Assembly (NCBI GenBank): GCA_964016885.1
Contig: OZ024742.1
Coordinates: 29,264,001 to 29,328,000, forward strand
DNA length: 64,000 bases
Source: Eledone cirrhosa
Lineage: Eukaryota
Direction of reading: 5' to 3'
The notes under the pieces were generated by a model. It did no database searches and had not been told where the DNA came from. It was given only the letters and a program-made list of their open reading frames with translations. Shown in pieces: positions 15,846 to 26,981 of the stretch (position 1 is its first letter; every line of letters begins with the position of its first letter). Made by a program: the position numbers and the translations under genes.

Positions 15846-17361
15846 TATATATACACGCACACTAATTTCAGAGGAAGTTACCAGGTGAAATTTTTCGAAT
15901 AAGAGAGCTACAATAACAATCTACTAAATTAATTAGTCACCATCTTCACCTACCTGCATCATACCCCACGAACTTTGTGGGTTTGGAAATGGGAAAGTCG
16001 ATTAAATCTTCCGCAGTGCATTACTGGTATTCATTTTCATTTTATCGACTCCTTAACGATGAAAGGCAAAGCTAGCCTTGCCACGATATGAACTCAGAAC
16101 GTAAAGGGAGTAACTCTATGCCACGATGTACTACCAATACTGCCAACATACCAGCTTCATTTGATATATATTTATAAATAACGATGACAATTTGGAGACA
16201 AGAGTATAGTCAATTTAATCGCCCCCAATATATAACTGGTAGTGAGATTCAAACTAAAAATGTCAGAAAAATACAATAATTTACAATATTTGAAGCAATT
16301 TATCCAGTTAGTCAGGTGATCTTAAAATTTTGCCATATTCCAGTGATGTATCATATTGATTCCTCTATTGTGTTCATCACAGGTCATATCTACTAAATAA
16401 ACTTGTTGTTACATGCTGTATCTCTGGTGTGTGAACTTTTAGTGTATATCGCCATTGAATATGTCTAGCAGAGAAACACTCTACTTCTACTACCTCTGCA
16501 GACATATTATTTCAGGTCAATATCTCCAGGCTGTTGTCTGTAATATCTACACTGTGTCTATCCACACAGGGAATCAAATCTATGAAATCAATATATTTAA
16601 AGACTGTATGTTTTCAAGTTGAAACCTATTCTCAGTATTTTTCTTTTTCTTTCTCGTATATTTAGTCAATAACTACACATTATGTCGATCGTAATCCACG
16701 GCGTACATAATCTTTCTCTACTTTTGGACAGTTACAGACCGAAACACTAGTTATCTATTCAATATCTCCACATCACATTGTCTGAATCTTATGAATCGTA
16801 TGCATATCTACACACAGTATTTACTTTAGTCAATATCAACTCATATCGTGAATATTTAGTCAATAACTGTCTGTCTAATCCAACGTGTCAATGTAGTTAT
16901 CTAGTCAATATAGAGAGGTTGTGTAAATCCAGTCAATATTTATACATTTGAGAAGCTATGTAGTCGAAGAGAAAATGTGAACTGATGGCCGCAATCACAT
17001 TTGCATTCTGATTACAAAATCTTGCCGAAATCGAATAATCGCTTGATAGTGCTCCTGGGGTTAATTTAATCCGGCAACCTTTTCCATATAATCTGTAACC
17101 TTGTGCCGATGTTATAAATCGATGTATATTCATGGTGATAACACACAGCTGGTCAGTATTATAACTCCACTATTACAATGTGACAGTAGGTAGACACATG
17201 ACACTTAAATCTAGACAGGCCCAATACACTAACTCGTAAATAGGTAACATATGGTAATAATCATTTTATGTTCGATGCAATGGCATATTTGTAGAATATT
17301 TAATGACTTGATTCGGTCTGTTGCTAGCGCTTTGTTGGTGTCATCTACCGCTGAGGTTTGA

Positions 17362-18102
17362 GGAAGCTTAGTTCTTCATGTAACTGGCTCTGTTAATGTC
17401 ACCTACTGCTGTAGGTATGCAGAAGCCTAGTTCTCCATGCATGTATCTCTCTCTCTGTAACTGGCTCTGTTGAGGTCACCTACTGCTAAGGTTTAAAGAA
17501 GCCTAGTTCATTATAGTAGCTTGCTCTGTTGATGCCATCTACGGTCATAAGTTTCAATAAGTCTAGTTCTTCATATATATAACTCCCTTTGTAGCTAGCT
17601 CTGTTCATGTCACCTACTGCTGTAGGTTTGAAGATATCTAGTTTTTCATGCCTGTAGCCCTCTCTGTAACTGGCTCTGTTGATGTCAACTATTGTCATAA
17701 GTTTGAAGAAGGCTAGTTCATCATCGCTTGGTCTGTTGATCTCAACTACTGTCATAAGTTTGAAGAAGGCTAGTTCATCATCGCTTGGTCTGTTGATGTC
17801 AACTACTGTCATAAGTTTGAAGAATCCTAGTTCTCCATGTATCTGATTGCCTTCTGTATCTAGCACAGTTGATGTCAATCATTCATGGATGTTTCGAGAA
17901 GCCAAGTTCCTCATAGTTTTCACTGTCAAAGGTTTGAAAAGACCTAGCTCATCATGTATGTAATATCATCGGTAGCTGACTCTGTTGATGTCACCAACAG
18001 TCATAAGTTTGAAGAAGCTTAGCTATTCGTGCATCTGACTTCCTTCTGTAGCTGGCACTCTTGATGATAATTGTTCATGGAGGTTTCGAGAAGCTTTGTT
18101 CT
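17362..18102 (-). repeat. Diverged tandem array (~11 units, 41-76 bp) with partly open reading frame
   Basis: Plus-strand core agaagNctagttc..gctctgttgatgtca.cta.tg(t/c)..a(a/g)gtttga. ORF 17486-17878 repeats ELxFFKLMTVVDINR. Confidence 0.75.
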
Positions 18103-19198
18103 ATCCTGTATTTAACGTCATCCAAAACAGAGGGGTAGAGAACCAATGGGCCCTTGAATCATTGAACCAGAAACCCGTGAAGTGCTGGATTACTGGATCA
18201 GAGAAACAGTGAACCATTAGGCTAGTTACCTAGTGAGGAAGTGTGCTAACGGATAATTAGTCCATCTATCCATCCATCTACTCTGAACTCCTGATGGATT
18301 CGGCGATTGGGGAGGGCACGAAAGTCCCTCGCTCTCCAGGTCTGAACACAGCCGATTCCTTTCACAAAATGAGAGAGATGGAACGAGAGAGAGAAAGGGT
18401 TGGAGGAGAAGAAATCGTTTCCAATACATAAATAGCATTTAATTCATTTCCTTTGTAAAGAAAGAAGGCAAAGCCTTGCCAGGATTGGAACTCGGGACCC
18501 GGAGAACCGAAACGGGTACCGTAAAGTATTATTTATACTTAGTAGGGTACCTTGCTCTCCAGGTCGGAACACAACCGGCGTCTTTCACGAAATGAGAGAG
18601 AGGAAGTGGGAGAGAGGGAGCTTGAGAGAGAAGGTGGGGGAGGGGAGAAATCGACTCCAGTACGTAAATGATATTTATTTATCTCCTTCCAAAGGAAGAA
18701 AGGCAAAGCCTCGCCACGATTTGAACACAGAACCCGGAGAACCGGAACGGATACTGAAAAGCATTCTATCCGACTCTGCCATGTCAGCACCTTATACTAA
18801 TGGGTCATTAGACTAATGGACAAGTGGACCAGACATCCATATATCCAGTAGCTCCATGAAATTGGGAACCAGAGAATGTGAAACCCAATGAAGCAGCTAA
18901 CCGGTATACTAGTTGACTCGTTAACTAGTGGGGCGGTGACCCAGACAAGCAAGGAACCACTTACCTAGAAGAGTCTCAATATTTTCAATCCCTTGTTAGA
19001 TACCAAATCTGGCTTTGATCACCAATCATTGTGTGATGGCTGACTTATGTGAGTAGGTGTAACAGCTCCAGTCTACATTAAGCACATCCTGTACATGTAT
19101 CGACCTCATTGAGGACTTGTTCCACCACGTTATATAACCACCATTTAAACTCGTCCTATCTCTATCTATATCTCTATCTAGTCAATAACTACACACCT

Positions 19199-19264
<66 letters not shown>

Positions 19265-19317
19265 CATATACATATACATGTATATATGTGTTTGTATATA
19301 TATATATATACATATAT

Positions 19318-19433
<116 letters not shown>

Positions 19434-20168
19434 CATGTATATATGTGTATGTGTATATATATATACATATATTATACACATACACACACACATATAATAT
19501 ATATATATATGTATATATATATAAGCATAATGAACATCAATAAATACATAACGTATGTATATAGATAAAATCTCCTTACCGTGACTATCTGGAGTGTATA
19601 GATTATACACCTTATTGAAAATATGTATTTACCTTGTTCATTTATTCTATGTATTTATTAAATGTATGTATTGTTCCCTTGGAGAACAGAAAAAAAAACA
19701 TTTAATACAATACGAAATACAATACATCAAATATTATAGTATTCATTAATTATTTATACCATAGAGGTGTAGGAACTAGAGAGGCGGTATAATTGATTTC
19801 ATTGATCTTCGTCACTACTGCTTATATTATCGACAGCACAATGATAAAAGTTAAAACCCGATTAGTTTTTTTTTTTTTTTTTTTTGTGTTTTTTGTGGTA
19901 TTGTTGCTGTGTTTAAGGTAGTGGCCATGAGACAGCAAATTGGCAGAGTGGATAGAATGTCGGATTTTGTTATGTTTCGGTATTTGATCCTCCTTCTCAT
20001 TGTGCTTTTTGTATTCCATTCTTGCTGATGTCTACTTTACCATTCATACTTTAGACATCAATAAATAAAGTACCAGTTTAAAGCTAAGGCTGATTCTTAC
20101 ATATATATATATATATATATGCCTGTGTATGTGTGTGTGTGTGTATATATATACATACATATATATAT

Positions 20169-20703
20169 GATGGCTGCCCCTTCGATATCGAGTACGGCTA
20201 TTGCACGATATACCATTATTAATAATTATTAATTAATTATATCGTGCAATGCCTGTGGGTGAAGATATTTTTTAAAGGGAGGAAAGACTGTGCACTGAGC
20301 CAATCCCACTCTCTGAGTGACAGTAGCTATAACCCGAAAAGAAGAAAAGATCAACATCATCGGTAACTACTGAGCCGCAGATTTTATATCGGAGTTATCC
20401 CAGTTTCCCGAGTTTCCTTCTCCTAGAAGAATGCCCTGACAAAGGCAAGGGGTCCTTCACTCCCAGTGGTTTAACCGCGCGGTACATGTCTATATACATA
20501 TTTACACACTTTCGGTTGGCCGTTGACTCGTATGAGTTCTGCCGCCATTTGTCAGGTTTTGTTCTTTGTCCTGCAGGGTGTCCAAAATCACCCTCCTCAC
20601 CAAGTAAACTTGGTGAGGTTGCCGGTTTAGTTGCCGACGACCCGACCATGCGACAAGTTGTACTGGGTTACATGTTACCAGTAGCACTCAAGAGCGACCC
20701 GAC
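20169..20703 (-). mobile_element. Non-autonomous bipartite RTE-derived element, second subfamily
   Basis: Minus strand starts gtcgggtcgctcttgagtgctactggtaacatg and ends gccgtactcgatatcgaaggggcagccatc. Homologous to both ends of 9447-10054. Confidence 0.8.
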
Positions 20704-20777
20704 ATAATATATATATATACGTACATATATATATATACATACATATATAGATACACACATATATATATACATACATA

Positions 20778-20844
<67 letters not shown>

Positions 20845-20995
20845 ATACTTAGGGAGGGTCATGTTGCCAATAAGAAACACACGCACCAGTTGCTTTCACT
20901 TCAACTTAATTTATTATATATTTATAAATTTACAAATTTATAAATTTCTGGTTGGTTGGTTGGTTCCACAACCAGATAGTTGTTTATATATATAT

Positions 20996-21040
20996 AGTCA
21001 TAGTTCTTTCGTCACACACTCTGTGACCTCTTCAGTGACT
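20996..21040 (-). ncRNA. Minimal hammerhead ribozyme (left PLE arm)
   Basis: Reverse complement of 26082-26126. Confidence 0.75.
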
Positions 21041-21345
21041 GGGGATTTCTTTCTTCGTTTCTGTGCCTTTCCTTTCTTCTATCCTACGCCATTTTGTTTG
21101 TGTGTGGGTTGCGTGCTCAGTTTGCGCATGCGCCACATCCGGGTGTCTGTGTGTGTTTGTGTTCATTTTTCTATTTTTCTATTTATATTTTTCTATTTGA
21201 TTGTTTATTTATTTATTTATTGTTGGTTGGTTGTTTGTTCTATGTGTGTGTGTGTTTTCATTTTGTCTTGTGTGTGTTTTCATTTTGTGTGTGTTTTCAA
21301 TTGTAAGTTGTTTGTTTTATGTGTGTGTGTGTTTTCATTTTGTCC

Positions 21346-21990
21346 TTAATTGTAAGTTGTGATGTTGCTGTTCCACTCATATTTTCTATTTAATTTTGGT
21401 TTTAATTCTTTTATGCTTACTGCCTCTGTAATTTGCCTAAACATTGCGTCTTTCTTGTGTGTGGATTCTATTTTTATTTCTATGCTCTCTAATTTACCCC
21501 TGTGTTCTATCTTAGCATGTTGGTAGAGCACAGATGATTCTTTATTATCTTGGAGGTCTCGCCAGTGTTCATTTATTCGTTCCCCTATACTACGAGCTGT
21601 CTCACCTATGTACACTATATTTTTGTTTCTACATTGTCCTTCAGTACATCTTATGCTATATACTACATTTCTAGTTTTACAGTTAATATGGGGGCTTATT
21701 TTACATGTTATACATTTCTTATCTATACATGAGGGTCTTTGGAACGGGTATGTCTTGCTAATAAGTGTTTTTACGGAGGTACCAGGTCTTTCTACTATCT
21801 TAATATTGAGATTATGTTTCTTTAGAGCCCTTCTAAATTTGTAGGCTAGTTCGCCTCTAGGGGTTGTATTGATGAACATTACACTCTGGTATTTATTGCT
21901 ATCATACCATGAGTTTATTCTATTGGCCTTGTTCTTAGTTCTTTCTATTCTATTCCAAAATTTGCTCCTATACAAGGGGGGAGGTCCCAT
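21346..21990 (-). pseudogene. GIY-YIG endonuclease ORF in the inverted PLE arm
   Basis: Copy of 25149-25793 with one amino-acid difference (KISPH vs KIIPH). Confidence 0.85.
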
Positions 21991-22628
21991 TTATGTCATT
22001 ATTTACCATTTTTTCACATTTGGTTCTGGCTCCTTTATACACTCTGATTCTATCTCTCTGATTGTAGCCAGAGAACTGCATACGGTGGATGAAGTGTTGT
22101 ATGTGTCTCTCTAGTTCTTCGGGGTTGCACATGCGGGACACATTTCTCATCACCCGTACCAAATCCGCAATCAGTATGTTGATTTTGGTATGGTCCGAAA
22201 TGGCCGAGTTTCGGTGGATCAGATGTTTGGAAGTCATGGGTTTGGCATAATGGGAATGGAGGATTTGTTTTTGGTTGTTAGTTGTATCTAACCAGAGCTC
22301 TGTGTCTAGTACAGGTAATCGATGGTTGGGGTGTCTACTTGGGTAGTCTATAGTAACTCTAATGCTCTGGTGGATGGAGTTTGCTATTTGCTGGATGCTT
22401 TCCATTGTGTTTTTCTCTAGTTCCTGACTGTTCTTTAGTGGGGGTGTCTGTGGGGGTGTCTTAACTACGATGTTAATATCATCTACGTAGCGGGAGTACA
22501 TTATCAGGGTTAAGCTGTCTTCTAATTGTTCATTAAGTTTTTGTTTAAGTCTACTGTCCCACCATACCATGAATAAGTTAGCTATGTCGCCTGCAATGCT
22601 AACACCAATGGCTGCTCCTTCCTCTTGG
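21968..22628 (-). pseudogene. Truncated RT C-terminal half in the inverted PLE arm
   Basis: GAAIGVSIAGDIANLFM..YSRYVDD..LPVLD. Confidence 0.85.
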
Positions 22629-25171
22629 ACATGATTAGTTGTCTGTCAGAAATAGAAAAATCATTTACGAAACTACGCTGGAGCATCAAAAACAAAAACA
22701 AAAGCAACAATATACGCACACACATATACAACACACATCCCAACAACAACAGACACACAGACACAAACAACAATAACAACAACAATAGCAACATACCCAG
22801 ATACAACAACAACAATAGCAACATACCCAGATACAACAGACACGCAGACACAAACAACAATAACAACACACACGGAGACAACAATAACAACAACACACAC
22901 ATCAACAACAACAACAATAGCAACATACCCAGATACAACAACAACAGACACGCAAACACAAACAACAATAACAACACACACAACAACGATAACACACACA
23001 CACACGGAGACAACAACAACACACGTCAACAACAACACACATCAACAACAACAACACACACGCATTCAATGCCTCTCACCACCACCACAATCTTAACAAA
23101 CACACAGACACAGAAAACAAGTAATGACAGTAGCACAGAAATCAGAGAAATAAGAGAAAGTAATAGGATTAAAAGGAAAAAAAGGAGATGGGAGACTAAG
23201 GACAAAGAGAATAACCAAGACGAACACACAGACACACAAAATAGGGTTGATAACAACATTGAGCCAGTGGAAAGAGACAGGAGTAATTATGAGAGACATA
23301 GAAACAACCATGAAGCTGAGGCTGCTGCTGTTGGTGGAAATAGAAACAACACAACTAACAATAACAATAGCACTAGTACACATAAAGCAGCAGCCTGGAA
23401 CTCTCCGTTTTATAATCCCTCCGATAAATCATTCGACCTACGACGAGTCCACGCCACGACTTTGCCATTTAACAAACGCACGCAGTTGCCGTCGCAGGTC
23501 GATGAACAAACAGAAGCACAATTTAGTATAGCTAAATCCGAACTTAGAAATATTATAGAACAGTATAGCAAGAAGCATAATAGAATAGAGGCCCAGCAAC
23601 TGGGAGAGGAATCTGCAAATGGCTTGCGTAAGCTCATGCAGCGCTCGCGTAATGGAGAGATAGCATGCTTTCCAACAGACAAGTCTGGCAGAATGTCGGT
23701 TAACAGCCTGCCAAACTACATCCAGGCAATGCAACCCCACATCACTAACACAAGAGAGGTAACACCACAGGAGCATGAGGATAGAGAAAAAACCCTCAAT
23801 GCCCATATGGTGATGTGGACAAATATAATGCAGCCCAACAAAAGGACTGCCAACAACTTCCAGGCCTGGAACAATGACGTACCGGCGTTGTATGGGCTTC
23901 GAAAGGACCATAAAACGGGCTGTGACCCTGTCGCGGGACCACCAACACGGCCAGTCTGTGGGGCTAACATTGCTAGTAACTACAGACCGTCCTACTTCCT
24001 CTCCCTGATCATACGCCCCATCATTGAGATGTCCCCAGATGTGTGTGACAGCACGGAGGACCTCCTCAGCAGAATCGGCGCGGGTAACCGATCTGGGGAC
24101 CTAACAAACTGCATAATAGGTAGTATGGATGTTGGGTCCCTGTATCCATCTATTGACGTGGATTTTGCTGTGGAGAAATGCGTCGAAATGATCAGCGAGA
24201 GCAAGGTTGAGTTCCGTGGGATTGATACCAGTGAGCTGGGACTTCTACTTAAGCTTACCCATAGTAATAGTTACCTAGACACTTATGACCTTAGCAACCT
24301 GTGCCCTACAAGACCAGCAAGAGGCAGACCACCTACCATTACCTCAATGGCCAAGAAAACCCACACAGATAGATGGAACGGGTGGAGCAGAGCCATACGG
24401 ACACCCGAAAACCACGATGAACTGAAGAAAATGATTGCACATGCGGTAGGGGCCAGCATAAAATTAACCCTTAAGGAACATATGTTCAAATTTAATGGTA
24501 AAACATATGCCCAAGAGGAAGGAGCAGCCATTGGTGTTAGCATTGCAGGCGACATAGCTAACTTATTCATGGTATGGTGGGACAGTAGACTTAAACAAAA
24601 ACTTAATGAACAATTAGAAGACAGCTTAACCCTGATAATGTACTCCCGCTACGTAGATGATATTAACATCGTAGTTAAGACACCCCCACAGACACCCCCA
24701 CTAAAGAACAGTCAGGAACTAGAGAAAAACACAATGGAAAGCATCCAGCAAATAGCAAACTCCATCCACCAGAGCATTAGAGTTACTATAGACTACCCAA
24801 GTAGACACCCCAACCATCGATTACCTGTACTAGACACAGAGCTCTGGTTAGATACAATTAACAACCAAAAACAAATCCTCCATTCCCATTATGCCAAACC
24901 CATGACTTCCAAACATCTGATCCACCGAAACTCGGCCATTTCGGACCCTACCAAAATCAACATACTGATTGCGGATTTGGTACGGGTGATGAGAAATGTG
25001 TCCCGCATGTGCAACCCCGAAGAACTAGAGAGACACATACAACACTTCATCCACCGTATGCAGTTCTCTGGCTACAATCAGAGAGATAGAATCAGAGTGT
25101 ATAAAGGAGCCAGAACCAAATGTGAAAAAATGGTAAATAATGACATAAATGGGACCTCCCCCCTTGTATAG
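22625..25171 (+). CDS. Penelope-like reverse transcriptase (N-terminally truncated, Asn/Thr-rich insert)
   Basis: TDKSGR, LYGLRKDHK..PTRPVCGA, GSMDVGSLYPSID, QEEGAAIG, YSRYVDD, LPVLDTELW, HYAKPM. Confidence 0.9.
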   Translation: MDMISCLSEIEKSFTKLRWSIKNKNKSNNIRTHIYNTHPNNNRHTDTNNNNNNNSNIPRYNNNNSNIPRYNRHADTNNNNNTHGDNNNNNTHINNNNNSNIPRYNNNRHANTNNNNNTHNNDNTHTHGDNNNTRQQQHTSTTTTHTHSMPLTTTTILTNTQTQKTSNDSSTEIREIRESNRIKRKKRRWETKDKENNQDEHTDTQNRVDNNIEPVERDRSNYERHRNNHEAEAAAVGGNRNNTTNNNNSTSTHKAAAWNSPFYNPSDKSFDLRRVHATTLPFNKRTQLPSQVDEQTEAQFSIAKSELRNIIEQYSKKHNRIEAQQLGEESANGLRKLMQRSRNGEIACFPTDKSGRMSVNSLPNYIQAMQPHITNTREVTPQEHEDREKTLNAHMVMWTNIMQPNKRTANNFQAWNNDVPALYGLRKDHKTGCDPVAGPPTRPVCGANIASNYRPSYFLSLIIRPIIEMSPDVCDSTEDLLSRIGAGNRSGDLTNCIIGSMDVGSLYPSIDVDFAVEKCVEMISESKVEFRGIDTSELGLLLKLTHSNSYLDTYDLSNLCPTRPARGRPPTITSMAKKTHTDRWNGWSRAIRTPENHDELKKMIAHAVGASIKLTLKEHMFKFNGKTYAQEEGAAIGVSIAGDIANLFMVWWDSRLKQKLNEQLEDSLTLIMYSRYVDDINIVVKTPPQTPPLKNSQELEKNTMESIQQIANSIHQSIRVTIDYPSRHPNHRLPVLDTELWLDTINNQKQILHSHYAKPMTSKHLIHRNSAISDPTKINILIADLVRVMRNVSRMCNPEELERHIQHFIHRMQFSGYNQRDRIRVYKGARTKCEKMVNNDINGTSPLV

Positions 25172-25793
25172 GAGCAAATTTTGGAATAGAATAGAAAGAA
25201 CTAAGAACAAGGCCAATAGAATAAACTCATGGTATGATAGCAATAAATACCAGAGTGTAATGTTCATCAATACAACCCCTAGAGGCGAACTAGCCTACAA
25301 ATTTAGAAGGGCCCTAAAGAAACATAATCTCAATATTAAGATAGTAGAAAGACCTGGTACCTCCGTAAAAACACTTATTAGCAAGACATACCCGTTCCAA
25401 AGACCCTCATGTATAGATAAGAAATGTATAACCTGTAAAATAATCCCCCATATTAACTGTAAAACTAGAAATGTAGTATATAGCATAAGATGTACTGAAG
25501 GACAATGTAGAAACAAAAATATAGTGTACATAGGTGAGACAGCTCGTAGTATAGGGGAACGAATAAATGAACACTGGCGAGACCTCCAAGATAATAAAGA
25601 ATCATCTGTGCTCTACCAACATGCTAAGATAGAACACAGGGGTAAATTAGAGAGCATAGAAATAAAAATAGAATCCACACACAAGAAAGACGCAATGTTT
25701 AGGCAAATTACAGAGGCAGTAAGCATAAAAGAATTAAAACCAAAATTAAATAGAAAATATGAGTGGAACAGCAACATCACAACTTACAATTAA
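25149..25793 (+). CDS. Penelope-like linker zinc finger + GIY-YIG endonuclease (frameshifted continuation of the RT ORF)
   Basis: CIDKKCITC..NCKTRNVVYSIRC..VYIGETARSIGERINEH..RQITEAVSI..LNRKYEW. Confidence 0.9.
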   Translation: MGPPPLYRSKFWNRIERTKNKANRINSWYDSNKYQSVMFINTTPRGELAYKFRRALKKHNLNIKIVERPGTSVKTLISKTYPFQRPSCIDKKCITCKIIPHINCKTRNVVYSIRCTEGQCRNKNIVYIGETARSIGERINEHWRDLQDNKESSVLYQHAKIEHRGKLESIEIKIESTHKKDAMFRQITEAVSIKELKPKLNRKYEWNSNITTYN

Positions 25794-26081
25794 GGACAAA
25801 ATGAAAACACACACACACATAAAACAAACAACTTACAATTGAAAACACACACAAGACAAAATGAAAACACACACACACATAGAACAAACAACCAACCAAC
25901 AATAAATAAATAAATAAACAAACAAATAGAAAAATATAAATAGAAAAATAGAAAAATGAACACAAACACACACAGACACCCGGATGTGGCGCATGCGCAA
26001 ACTGAGCACGCAACCCACACACAAACAAAATGGCGTAGGATAGAAGAAAGGAAAGGCACAGAAACGAAGAAAGAAATCCCC

Positions 26082-26126
26082 AGTCACTGAAGAGGTCACA
26101 GAGTGTGTGACGAAAGAACTATGACT
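26082..26126 (+). ncRNA. Minimal type I hammerhead ribozyme in the PLE pLTR
   Basis: agtca CTGAAGA g gtcaca-gagtg-tgtgac GAAA gaac TA tgact. Predicted cut after A26121. Confidence 0.78.
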
Positions 26127-26882
26127 ATATATATATAAACAACTATCTGGTTGTGGAACCAACCAACCAACCAGAAATTTATAAATTTGTAAATTTATAA
26201 ATATATAATAAATTAAGTTGAAGTGAAAGCAACTGGTGCGTGTGTTTCTTATTGGCAACATGACCCTCCCTAAGTATAACAATATCGGTTTCAACACACG
26301 ATTTCAGATAAAGAATCTTGCTAAACAAATTCAGAAACGATATATATATATATATATATATAAGAATTAAGTAAGCATTAATGATAAACACATGGACACC
26401 ACTAGTGAAAAATAGAACGGAGCTAAATGGAGAGACGGCGTTTTATGAAGGCTCCACACATGGCGGTGTTGGTGGCTTCTGTGGTGGTGGTGATTGTAGT
26501 GGTGGTGGTAGTGGTGGTAGTGGTGGTGGTAGAGGTGGTAGTGGTTTTAGCCCTACGTCAGACCAGATTGATCAGACCTATGATATACATCATTATAGCT
26601 ATAAACATTCCATCTTCTGTTTAATGAGTGTTGTGCCAGTATTGCTCTTTAACTCATAACATCCTGGTCCGCATGAAGCCGCATTAGCATAATAATATTT
26701 TAGAAAATACAAAACAGTACAATGAATGCATCACCTCAAATAAAAAAGTCTTCCCTCTAATACTGCAAGTTTTAATAACGATCTGTCCACTAGTAAAGAT
26801 AATATACACATTTGAATTGACAACATATTTATTAATATTTTCTGCTAAATCATAAAAGTACGTGTGTGTCTGTGAGTGTCTG

Positions 26883-26981
<99 letters not shown>

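Larger units (their letters stand above)
20837..26340 (+). mobile_element. Penelope-like retroelement (Naiad-like) with ~1.8-kb inverted 3' duplication, inserted in (TA)n
   Basis: 20837-22628 is the reverse complement of 24511-26284 with few differences. RT and GIY-YIG ORFs, hammerheads in both arms, (TA)n on both flanks. Confidence 0.93.

Noticed and set aside
17362-18102. CRISPR-like repeat-spacer appearance
   Set aside because: Repeats are too diverged, linkers are related to each other, there are no cas genes, and the context is eukaryotic.
22625-25793. Selenoprotein-type Naiad (in-frame UGA/SECIS)
   Set aside because: No in-frame TGA interrupts the visible ORFs.
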